A stretch of DNA of 36,048 bases from a virus, in the IMG/VR virus record IMGVR_UViG_3300045988_030305; one strand, given 5' to 3'. A program made the position numbers and the translations under genes. Positions 17,550-24,264 of this stretch are shown piece by piece. The notes below the pieces were generated by a model. It did not search any database. It was given only the letters and a program-made list of their open reading frames with translations, and had not been told where the DNA came from. Each line of letters starts with the position of its first letter. Position 1 is the first letter of the stretch.

Positions 17550-17573
17550 TTTGGCTTTCGTGGCTCATTTTTT
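17550..17573 (-). repeat. 24-nt box copy B (AAAAAATGAGCCACGAAAGCCAAA on the minus strand)
   Basis: 23 of 24 positions are identical to 11633..11656. It contains the stop codon of 17565..17873. Confidence 0.85.
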
Positions 17574-17873
17574 TCTGCCGTCCACAAGCCCTAAATTTCC
17601 GGCAACGGCTTTGAGGAAATCGCGGTGCCATCTTTTTGCCGTCGCCTCAGATATGCCAGGCAGCGCGAGCGCCGCGCCGGGGATGTTGTAGCGAATGCGC
17701 GACCAGTATATCAGCCTGACCAGTTCGAGCCGTTCGTCTGCATCCGCGCAGCTGTCGCGCGTCGTCTGGATTGCTTTCTCGATCGCGCGCCGCTCCGCCG
17801 GACGCTGGTTGTCCGGATACCGGTAAAGGGTCTTTTTCACGTATCCCCACCAATCGTATCTGGGTTTGCTCAT
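17565..17873 (-). CDS. Putative late-gene transcriptional regulator (sigma-70 region-4-like HTH, RinA/ArpU-type position; 102 aa)
   Basis: It is the last gene before the packaging module. It has an HTH-like ISEATAKRWHRDFLKAVAGNLGL and a GGGAGGGG SD. Confidence 0.45.
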   Translation of the reverse strand: MSKPRYDWWGYVKKTLYRYPDNQRPAERRAIEKAIQTTRDSCADADERLELVRLIYWSRIRYNIPGAALALPGISEATAKRWHRDFLKAVAGNLGLVDGRKK

Positions 17874-17889
17874 CTCCCCGCCCCTCCCG

Positions 17890-18228
17890 TCAAAGCTTAT
17901 CCAGCGCAGCGAGGTCGAGGAAGGTCTGTCGCGTGAAGCCGTAGTCCTTCGGTGCCGGTGCCGGTTCTTCCTGCCGTCTGATCTCCTCGCGGGTCTTCGG
18001 CGGTGCGTTCAGCTCCGCGCGCAGCCGCGCCCGCTCTTCCGGCGAGCGCTTGTCTTTCACTCTGTCGAACTCGATCTCCGTCAGCTCCCCGCGGAAACCA
18101 CAGATGCCGCACGCGCCCCGGCCCCCGCGCTGGCGGATGGGCGGGATGTCGTGCAGGGTGAACAGCGTGTTTAGCTTCCGGTAGCAATCTGTGCACAGAT
18201 GATCGTAAACCATGTTGCTTTTCTTCAT
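17890..18228 (-). CDS. Zinc-ribbon-like hypothetical protein (112 aa)
   Basis: Two CxxC pairs (CTDC, CGIC). ATGA overlap with the upstream gene. Confidence 0.6.
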   Translation of the reverse strand: MKKSNMVYDHLCTDCYRKLNTLFTLHDIPPIRQRGGRGACGICGFRGELTEIEFDRVKDKRSPEERARLRAELNAPPKTREEIRRQEEPAPAPKDYGFTRQTFLDLAALDKL

Positions 18229-19052
18229 GTCTCGCTCCTTTCTGCGGCGGGCTCTCCGCCGCTGCTGCTTATGTCTGCTGCTTTCTTCTCCGGCAGGATG
18301 TAACGGATGTACTGAGGTGCGCCGCGCTTATACTCTGCGCGCTGAATGAGCTTGCAGTTGCGGGGCACTCTGATCTCGGCGTCGCTCACGGCTACGCGGT
18401 CTTTCGGCTGCGGGCGGATGAGATTGCGGGACGATACGAACTTCTTTGCGTTGAGTGCCCCGCGCACCTGAGCTATCAGGTACTCTGCTATCGGCATATA
18501 ATCCTCCTGCTTGCTCAGGGGCTTGCAGTACGTGCCGCCGTGTCCCCACTTCATGCGGACGATGTGCTCGCATGAGGCCGGGACTATCAGGTGATGATGA
18601 ACGCGCACGGTCTCCTTTGTGTCGCCGTCCATGTCGGATGTGATTGCTATGTACTTGAGCTCATCGGCGCGGTCTTCCTTTTCGAGGGCACGCTTCACCC
18701 GGCGGAGATAGTTCACCATCTCCTGGGCAGCAGCTTCACGGATGCAGCGCAGCTGATCCTCTTCGGGCAGGCTGTCATAATCCGGGGCAACTTTCCGGGC
18801 GGAGCGTTCGAGCTTCTTGTATGAGGCATCGGAGTAGTCAAGGCCAAGAAGGATATCTCCGTGTGTAAAGTTCGCATTGATGAGACGGGCAAGGCGCTTC
18901 TTCGTGGAGTATTCATTCTGCTCCTGCTTCTTGATGCTGGATTCTTCCTTGCGTCTGTTGCGCCGGGTGCGATCACCGAGGACGAAGTACTTCGTCTTCT
19001 CGCCGACCTGCCCGGCTTCGTATGTTCTGACTACCCAATATCCGTCTTTCAT
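18225..19052 (-). CDS. Hypothetical protein with HUH-endonuclease-like motifs (candidate rolling-circle Rep or relaxase-like; 275 aa)
   Basis: Motif-like strings occur in the canonical order: ILLGLDYS, RVHHHLIVP, IAEYLIAQV. AGAGGAG SD. Confidence 0.35.
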   Translation of the reverse strand: MKDGYWVVRTYEAGQVGEKTKYFVLGDRTRRNRRKEESSIKKQEQNEYSTKKRLARLINANFTHGDILLGLDYSDASYKKLERSARKVAPDYDSLPEEDQLRCIREAAAQEMVNYLRRVKRALEKEDRADELKYIAITSDMDGDTKETVRVHHHLIVPASCEHIVRMKWGHGGTYCKPLSKQEDYMPIAEYLIAQVRGALNAKKFVSSRNLIRPQPKDRVAVSDAEIRVPRNCKLIQRAEYKRGAPQYIRYILPEKKAADISSSGGEPAAERSET

Positions 19053-19111
19053 GGTGCGCTCCTCTTCTCTCTATTAAAGAATGGCGGATTACTTAGGCTC
19101 TTACCGAGCTC

Positions 19112-19199
19112 GCAAACGCGCGTGCGCGCGCGTCTGCTTTTTCAATATTCTCCGCCTCAAAGTGGGCTCTAAGGTGCTGCCGGTCCGCGGCAGCACCTT
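19112..19199. promoter_or_regulatory. Structured intergenic region: alternating-CG hairpin with a T-run (plus sense) and a perfect 12-bp hairpin
   Basis: The first hairpin is GCAAACGCGCG-tgcg-CGCGCGTCTGC followed by TTTTT (19112-19142). The second is AAGGTGCTGCCG-gtccg-CGGCAGCACCTT (19171-19199). Confidence 0.5.
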
Positions 19200-19235
19200 A
19201 CAATCTACTTTGTCTTTTCGGGGAGGGCGGGCGCG

Positions 19236-19433
19236 TTATGCTCCCGCTCCTCCGTCATTGCTTGCTCTCCTGTTCCATGCTTCGGTTGCTTCGGCATCGC
19301 TTGAATATCGGTGCGACATCGGGTAGCAATTGCTTTGTGCATAGCATGAGGTGCACTCCACGAATGATCCTTCTGCTTTGTGTTGAAGTCTCGCTTCTCC
19401 TCCGCAGAACGGGCAGGGTTTTAATTCAGGCAT
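19236..19433 (-). CDS. Lar-family restriction-alleviation-like zinc-ribbon protein (65 aa)
   Basis: MPELKPCPFCGGEARL...VECTSCYAQ...EATEAWNRR matches the Lar-family pattern (from memory). Confidence 0.65.
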   Translation of the reverse strand: MPELKPCPFCGGEARLQHKAEGSFVECTSCYAQSNCYPMSHRYSSDAEATEAWNRRASNDGGAGA

Positions 19434-19437
19434 CTAT

Positions 19438-19722
19438 TCATACCCCCAGCTTATCCATTATCGCCGCGAGCTCGCACGTCGCCTCGTTAAGTGTCTTGAG
19501 CTGTTTAATGAGAGCGTCTTGAAAGCACCTTGGAAGATCTGCCTCGTCTCTGTCAGGGTTGCTCACGCCGAACATGTGAGCATTTATCTTTTGTGCCATG
19601 GTCAGGATTTCTTGTGCCATGTTATTGGCCTGATCCATCATGCTTGAAAGCGGGGCCATATTCCCCTGGAGCATCCCCGCCTCCGGGGCGCCAACGCAAT
19701 TTTTGTTGTCTTCGTAACTCAT
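19438..19722 (-). CDS. Hypothetical protein (94 aa)
   Basis: ORF track entry, with ATGA coupling to the upstream micro-ORF. Confidence 0.55.
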   Translation of the reverse strand: MSYEDNKNCVGAPEAGMLQGNMAPLSSMMDQANNMAQEILTMAQKINAHMFGVSNPDRDEADLPRCFQDALIKQLKTLNEATCELAAIMDKLGV

Positions 19723-19811
19723 AATTTTTTACTCCTCCATTCTGAGCAGCCGCCGTTGTTCTTCCACACGCAGCGGTCACATTTGCCGTAGCACTTTTTA
19801 CGTTTGGTCAT
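19719..19811 (-). CDS. Cys-rich micro-ORF (30 aa)
   Basis: Hand translation gives MTKRKKCYGKCDRCVWKNNGGCSEWRSKKL. It overlaps both neighbours, and the stop forms ATGA with the next start. Confidence 0.3.
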   Translation of the reverse strand: MTKRKKCYGKCDRCVWKNNGGCSEWRSKKL

Positions 19812-20061
19812 TGCTGCTCCTCCTTTTCTCTCCGTGGAAGCAGAAGTAATACTCCGGGACAAGGCAGTCCTTGCAGGCACCATAGGAGCAGCACAGTCCG
19901 ACTGGGTCTTTATAACTGTGCTCGCAGTCCTTACAGCGAGTCACCTCCATGGCATCAGCCGCAGGTGCTTTCCATATAGGACAGGATTCTTTATCACAGT
20001 ATTCATTGTGGCTATGGCAAAGGTTCTCGCAGTAATTTTCTCGGTCTATGTATTCAGCCAT
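19798..20061 (-). CDS. Cys-rich hypothetical protein, VTRCKDC paralog 1 (87 aa)
   Basis: It shares PAADAMEVTRCKDCEH...FC.HGEKR with 20915..21157. Confidence 0.6.
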   Translation of the reverse strand: MAEYIDRENYCENLCHSHNEYCDKESCPIWKAPAADAMEVTRCKDCEHSYKDPVGLCCSYGACKDCLVPEYYFCFHGEKRRSSNDQT

Positions 20062-20449
20062 CCTTTATCTCCTCCTGTTCTTCTTCATCTTCTTCATCTT
20101 CTTCATCTTCTTCATCTTCTTCAGGCCTCCGCCAGAGCATTTCAAATGTCAGGACTACTTTTCGGGTCTCGAAATTAGCGTTAACTTCGTGAAGGACGGC
20201 TGGGTAAGGTGTAACGCCAGCATGCCCCGAATCGAAGTTGTTCGTCAGAATAATGACTGCATCGCCGAGATCCGTGCCATACAGATCCAGCACGTGAGGG
20301 TCGCGTGATACTCTACCCGCCGATGGAAGTTCTCGAACACGGTGCGAACATTTGAGGACAGCAATCTGCTCCTTGCCGGTCGGGTCTGTCTCAAACAGAA
20401 CGTCGCTTATAACTCGAAGCGCATCTTCTTTTCTGATATATTCATCCAT
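20054..20449 (-). CDS. Hypothetical protein with an acidic (DEE)n C-terminal tail (131 aa)
   Basis: The N-terminus MDEYIRKEDAL resembles those of the paralogs. The C-terminus is RRPEEDEEDEEDEEDEEEQEE. Confidence 0.6.
   Translation of the reverse strand: MDEYIRKEDALRVISDVLFETDPTGKEQIAVLKCSHRVRELPSAGRVSRDPHVLDLYGTDLGDAVIILTNNFDSGHAGVTPYPAVLHEVNANFETRKVVLTFEMLWRRPEEDEEDEEDEEDEEEQEEIKDG
20080..20123. repeat. Tandem 9-nt repeat (CTTCTTCAT x about 4.9), coding for (DEE)n on the minus strand
   Basis: Read directly from the sequence. Confidence 0.9.
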
Positions 20450-20918
20450 TATCGGTTACCTCCAAATCCATCTTCGCGCCGCAGTTGGGGCAGTATTTCA
20501 TCTGTGCAGCAAATCCAATTTCGCAAGCAGAACAGTACCAAATATCCCCCGCGGCCTGACTGTGGAACGGAACCCATCGGCCATTGGCGTTCTCCTTGTC
20601 CTCAAAGCGTTTGAGGAATTCGCGCAGCTCCGCGCATACCCACCCCGCAAGATAGAGAAGTGCTAACACGCCCTCCATGCTATCGGTTCCGCCATACAGC
20701 CAATCCACCATTGCAAACATAACATCCTCATCAGACATGGTTTCTGGAATCTCGTCTGGTTCCATATATCGGCATATAAGCTTTCGCATTAAATCAAGCA
20801 GGGCGATGTCTGTACCGTTCTCTCCGTATCCGCGCACCCACGTTTTGCCGTCTTTGGCATAGAACAGATTCAGCGACTGTTCTAAATTGCCTTGTGGAGT
20901 ATTTGACGTAAGTCTCAT
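20442..20918 (-). CDS. Hypothetical protein with a C-terminal zinc ribbon (158 aa from the ATG at 20918)
   Basis: ATGA overlap with the upstream stop and a GAGAAAGGAA SD. The C-terminus contains YCSACE...YCPNCGAKM. Confidence 0.6.
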   Translation of the reverse strand: MRLTSNTPQGNLEQSLNLFYAKDGKTWVRGYGENGTDIALLDLMRKLICRYMEPDEIPETMSDEDVMFAMVDWLYGGTDSMEGVLALLYLAGWVCAELREFLKRFEDKENANGRWVPFHSQAAGDIWYCSACEIGFAAQMKYCPNCGAKMDLEVTDNG

Positions 20919-21157
20919 GTTGTTTTCCTTTCTCCGTCGGCGCAAAAGTAATCCGTGCCACCGCTGAAATGTCCCACAAATTCGCACTCAACAAACCCTA
21001 TATAATGCTTACAGTCCTTGCAGCGGGTCACCTTCACAACATCCGCCACCGGCGCGCTGCGTATGATCTTCTTCAACACAGACTTCGTGCTTGGGGTTAT
21101 CCTCGGCGCGGTGTCTATCGCCCGCTCTAATGCTTTGGCTTCGTAGTATATCGGCAT
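20915..21157 (-). CDS. Cys-rich hypothetical protein, VTRCKDC paralog 2 (80 aa)
   Basis: PVADVVKVTRCKDCKHY...FCADGERK. Confidence 0.6.
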   Translation of the reverse strand: MPIYYEAKALERAIDTAPRITPSTKSVLKKIIRSAPVADVVKVTRCKDCKHYIGFVECEFVGHFSGGTDYFCADGERKTT

Positions 21158-21159
21158 GG

Positions 21160-21489
21160 TTAATCCTCCTCCGTGCCCGTGTCTGCCCGCCTCTCCGCGG
21201 CTACATAGAGCCGGAACATCCGTCTCAGCTGTGAGCGTAGGATGCTGTTCTCGATCTGCTTGCAGGCAAGCTTATGTTTGAGGTTCGCGGCGTTCTCTTC
21301 TGCTTCGTCCTCCCTCTTATCATTCTCTCTTGCCAGTTCTGTCAGATTCTCAAGGGCAGATGCGGCCTCGGTGAATACCGCGCGGCAAGTTGCCTCCTGC
21401 CGCCGCTTAACCGGGCAGTCTTTGGGGCAGTCCCCGAGTGTCTCGGTCGCGTAAGTACGCAGGGCTTCGCTGATTTCTTCGTATGTCAT
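21160..21489 (-). CDS. Hypothetical coiled-coil protein (109 aa from the ATG at 21489)
   Basis: ATGA overlap with the methyltransferase stop. The product starts [16 protein letters not shown]. Confidence 0.55.
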   Translation of the reverse strand: MTYEEISEALRTYATETLGDCPKDCPVKRRQEATCRAVFTEAASALENLTELARENDKREDEAEENAANLKHKLACKQIENSILRSQLRRMFRLYVAAERRADTGTEED

Positions 21490-22565
21490 GTCAGTTCCTC
21501 CTTCAGTGCTTTGAATATCGGGTACGCTTGCTGCGGTACAACAGCGTTGCCTAAGCATTTAAGTCTGTCCACCCGATTGGGAAGCCCATTAACCACTCTA
21601 CCCACGTCGGGTTCAGTTGCCCAGCAACGTCCGTCCGCAAGCTCCTGTGATTGCCCCCGCCCGTGCTGCCCTGGCTGTCCGCCGCGCATGGCGTGGTGTA
21701 TAACTTCTCCAGTGCTATTGCCTGCGTCAAATTGCACTTGCCCGGTTCTTTCTGTCTCGACGGTGGGACGGATTGCAGCGTGTCCTTGTACTCGTTTGCC
21801 CTCGGCGTGGGAAACAGCTTCGCGTATGTTGTCAGTCCCATACCTGCTTTCGCGCTGCTGCCCGGTGCATTGTTGTTCCCATTTACTGTTGGCGTCGGCA
21901 CAAGACCGTTCGCCTCCGCTCTCGCATCCTCGTATGCCTGGCGCATCAGCGGGTCTACCTGCTCCCTCAAATTGCTGGGCCGGCGCCGGTTCTTCCTGCC
22001 GCCGTTCGTTGCCTGTCTCTTCATTGCCTCGTAGCTGCGGCAGTCCATGCTGTCCATCGTGTTTGGCGTAGCCCACAAAGAAGACCCGGCTTCTTCTGTG
22101 CCAAGCTCCGACAGCCGCAGCTTCATAATTGAACACGACGACGTTATAGCCAGCGTGCTCCAAATCCTTGACCACTTGCCCGGCGGCAAGCTTGATGATT
22201 CCAGGTACATTCTCACCGACGACTCAATGCGGGCGCAGCTCTCGGATAACTCGGAGCATTTCAGGCCATAGGTAACGGTCGTCCCCTTTACCTTTCTGCT
22301 TTCCAGCCACACTGAATGGCTGACAGGGGAATCCCCCGGAAATAACGTCAACTGTTCGTAATCCTGTTCGCTCATAAAAGCTCTCCTTTGTCAGGGTTCT
22401 GATATCTCGCCACCGCGGCACATCCGGCCAGTGCTTTTCAAGTACCTTGGTCTGATAGTTCGCCCATTCGCACTGGCCTACGGTGGTGAATCCTGCCCAC
22501 TCGGCAGCGAGGTCAAGCCCCCCTATACCGGTGAATAAGGATAGGTGTGTGAGCCTGTCGCTCAT
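21486..22565 (-). CDS. DNA (cytosine-5)-methyltransferase reading frame (frame A, 360 codons) interrupted by one in-frame TGA at 22224..22226
   Basis: Motifs I (LFTGIGGLD), IV (GGFPCQPFS), VI (ENVPG), VIII ([10 protein letters not shown]) and X (LGNAVVPQ) are all in one frame. The 113-aa and 229-aa track ORFs share this frame and are separated by the TGA plus 16 codons. Confidence 0.8.
21551..22375 (-). CDS. Embedded +1-frame ORF (frame C, 274 aa) carrying MTase target-recognition-like TP repeats and WLMGFP
   Basis: AAGGAG lies 7 nt upstream of the ATG at 22375. The product contains LWATPNT, LVPTPTV, LFPTPRA, LYTTPCA and ends [19 protein letters not shown]. Third-position G+C is higher than in frame A. 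Confidence 0.6.
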   Translation of the reverse strand: MSEQDYEQLTLFPGDSPVSHSVWLESRKVKGTTVTYGLKCSELSESCARIESSVRMYLESSSLPPGKWSRIWSTLAITSSCSIMKLRLSELGTEEAGSSLWATPNTMDSMDCRSYEAMKRQATNGGRKNRRRPSNLREQVDPLMRQAYEDARAEANGLVPTPTVNGNNNAPGSSAKAGMGLTTYAKLFPTPRANEYKDTLQSVPPSRQKEPGKCNLTQAIALEKLYTTPCAADSQGSTGGGNHRSLRTDVAGQLNPTWVEWLMGFPIGWTDLNA

Positions 22566-23167
22566 ACGATCTCGCCCGTCTCCGGGTCTATGTCGGGGAT
22601 GCCGTCCAAGCGGTGGATTTCGTTGTTTACGGCAGTTGCAAACGCCGTGACGCTGTTAATAAGGCTCGCGCTCAGCAGATTTATCTCCGGTTCAATAATC
22701 GCTGCAAGCATAAGTCCCTGCTTCACAGCTATGTACTCGTTCGTGAGGCTGTCGCTACCGCGGAGGTACAGTTCAGGATCATCCTCGCCGCCGAGCAGCG
22801 GCTTGAGGTAGCCTGCATTGATGAACAACACGCCACCCGCTATCGGGCGATGGTATGCGTTGTATACAGTGCCGCCTATTAGGAATTGGAATATGGGCTC
22901 ACCTATATACTTCTCGCCCTCGGCGGTGTCGTTGATGTCGTAGCGCAGAGGAATGCGCACGTGCTCGACTACGATGTTCTTCAGCTCCTTGTCGGAGAAG
23001 TTCATCACCGGGCCGACATTGTTGCCGTCAAGCACCGGCAGAGAGTACAGCGGGTATATAGCAGCATCCGTGCCGCACCATTGCATATCTCCGGTGAGCT
23101 CATCGTAGAGTCTGATCATCCCGGCGCGCTTGCAGATACCGGCAATCTTATTTATTTTCATATTCAC
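22562..23167 (-). CDS. Hypothetical protein (201 aa)
   Basis: ORF track entry with a 4-nt overlap with the MTase start. No motif was recognised. Confidence 0.6.
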   Translation of the reverse strand: MNMKINKIAGICKRAGMIRLYDELTGDMQWCGTDAAIYPLYSLPVLDGNNVGPVMNFSDKELKNIVVEHVRIPLRYDINDTAEGEKYIGEPIFQFLIGGTVYNAYHRPIAGGVLFINAGYLKPLLGGEDDPELYLRGSDSLTNEYIAVKQGLMLAAIIEPEINLLSASLINSVTAFATAVNNEIHRLDGIPDIDPETGEIV

Positions 23168-23564
23168 CCTCCATATAGTCTGTGATGATCTTCGCCGCCT
23201 GCTCCCAGCCGTAAGCTACGGCAGCTGCATAGCCCTGCTCGCGCAGGTCGGCAAGCCATGTGTTCTGGTTCTTCGTGGCCTTGTTCCCGTGCTGACGCTT
23301 CAGTTCTATGAACAGCCCGTGATAGCCGCCGCGGGCTACCGGCAGGCAGATGTCCGGCACGCCGGACTTCACGCCCTCGGCGCGGAAGCGCCCGGCCTCG
23401 GCCTTTCTCCGCTTCCCGCCGTTCGGGATGTGGAACATCAGGTTAAGTTCCGGGTACCAGTAAGTACGCATCTGCGCCCAGGAGAAAAGTGTGGCCTGTT
23501 CTGCTCCCTCAGTAGGGCAAGGCATCTTCTTCCGGGCGCTCGCTGCTGTCATTGTTGTTTCCAT
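23148..23564 (-). CDS. VRR-NUC domain nuclease (138 aa)
   Basis: HIPNGGKRRKAEAGRFRAEGVKSGVPDICLP...GLFIELK...Q..WL..L...GY is the typical VRR-NUC pattern. Confidence 0.8.
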   Translation of the reverse strand: METTMTAASARKKMPCPTEGAEQATLFSWAQMRTYWYPELNLMFHIPNGGKRRKAEAGRFRAEGVKSGVPDICLPVARGGYHGLFIELKRQHGNKATKNQNTWLADLREQGYAAAVAYGWEQAAKIITDYMEGEYENK

Positions 23565-23817
23565 ATATCTGTTCCCTCCAGTCGCCCTTGTACTGTGCCC
23601 GCGTGTCGCGGCTGCGCATTGGAGCGCTGCGCTGCCGCTGACGCGCGAGCATATACTTAGGCATAAAACTGTACTGTGCTGCCGCGCGGCCGCAAAATGC
23701 GCAGCTGCTGTTGTCTGCTTCGTGGGTAAGTATGTAATGCTTGGTGTCGAATCTCCGGTAGTGATCGGGGCAGAGGCTTATGTACTGCCGGAACGCATTC
23801 TTGTTCTTGGTGCTCAT
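23509..23817 (-). CDS. Hypothetical protein (102 aa)
   Basis: ORF track entry, with an ATGA overlap with the upstream stop. Confidence 0.5.
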   Translation of the reverse strand: MSTKNKNAFRQYISLCPDHYRRFDTKHYILTHEADNSSCAFCGRAAAQYSFMPKYMLARQRQRSAPMRSRDTRAQYKGDWREQIYGNNNDSSERPEEDALPY

Positions 23818-24068
23818 CCTGTCTGTACAAAGGGCTTACGCCGTGGCTTCTTTCCTGTGCGCGGCTCGTACAGCATACAGTCCGCAGGCTGACGCCTGTC
23901 TGGGGGGTGCTGCGCCGCGCGGGTGTGGCCGGTCACAAGAGCATAGTCGCAGTTGTACACGCCCTTTGCCATCGTCGCTGTCGCGCGGTACTTGCAGTTC
24001 TTATGCTTGCAGGAGCGGAGCTTAAACTCTTCCTGCTCCTGCTCCGCCGCTCTTTCTTCCTCCGGCAT
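23814..24068 (-). CDS. Cys-containing hypothetical protein (84 aa from the ATG at 24068)
   Basis: GAGGAGGAG SD before MPEEERAAEQEQEEFKLRSCKHKNCKY. The upstream part of the track ORF is out-of-frame overlap with 24022..24264. Confidence 0.5.
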   Translation of the reverse strand: MPEEERAAEQEQEEFKLRSCKHKNCKYRATATMAKGVYNCDYALVTGHTRAAQHPPDRRQPADCMLYEPRTGKKPRRKPFVQTG

Positions 24069-24264
24069 GCCTCTTCTCCTCCTCTCTGATCTTATTCTTG
24101 AGAGCCTTGACGCCGGCGACAAGGCCGTCATACTTGGCGCGCAGCTCCGCGTTCTCCTCGGCCATGTCGGCAAGCGCCTTGCAGAGCCGGTCATTCTCAC
24201 GGCGCAGACGGTCGTTCTCAGCCTGAAGCTCTGCGTCCGTCATGGTGTAAATGGGCTTATTCAT
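24022..24264 (-). CDS. Coiled-coil hypothetical protein (80 aa)
   Basis: The product contains TDAELQAENDRLRRENDRLCKALADMAEENAELRAKYD. ATGA overlap with the upstream stop. Confidence 0.55.
   Translation of the reverse strand: MNKPIYTMTDAELQAENDRLRRENDRLCKALADMAEENAELRAKYDGLVAGVKALKNKIREEEKRHAGGRKSGGAGAGRV

Noticed and set aside
20080-20123. CRISPR-like or non-coding minisatellite repeat
   Set aside because: The 9-nt units have no spacers and lie in frame inside a CDS, where they encode (DEE)n.
21274-22071. 265-aa plus-strand ORF across the methyltransferase locus, considered as a possible third coding layer
   Set aside because: It is an antisense GC3-type ORF like many others in the window. 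The product is Cys/Pro/Ser-rich and low-complexity, with no SD. I did not count it as part of the dual-frame observation.
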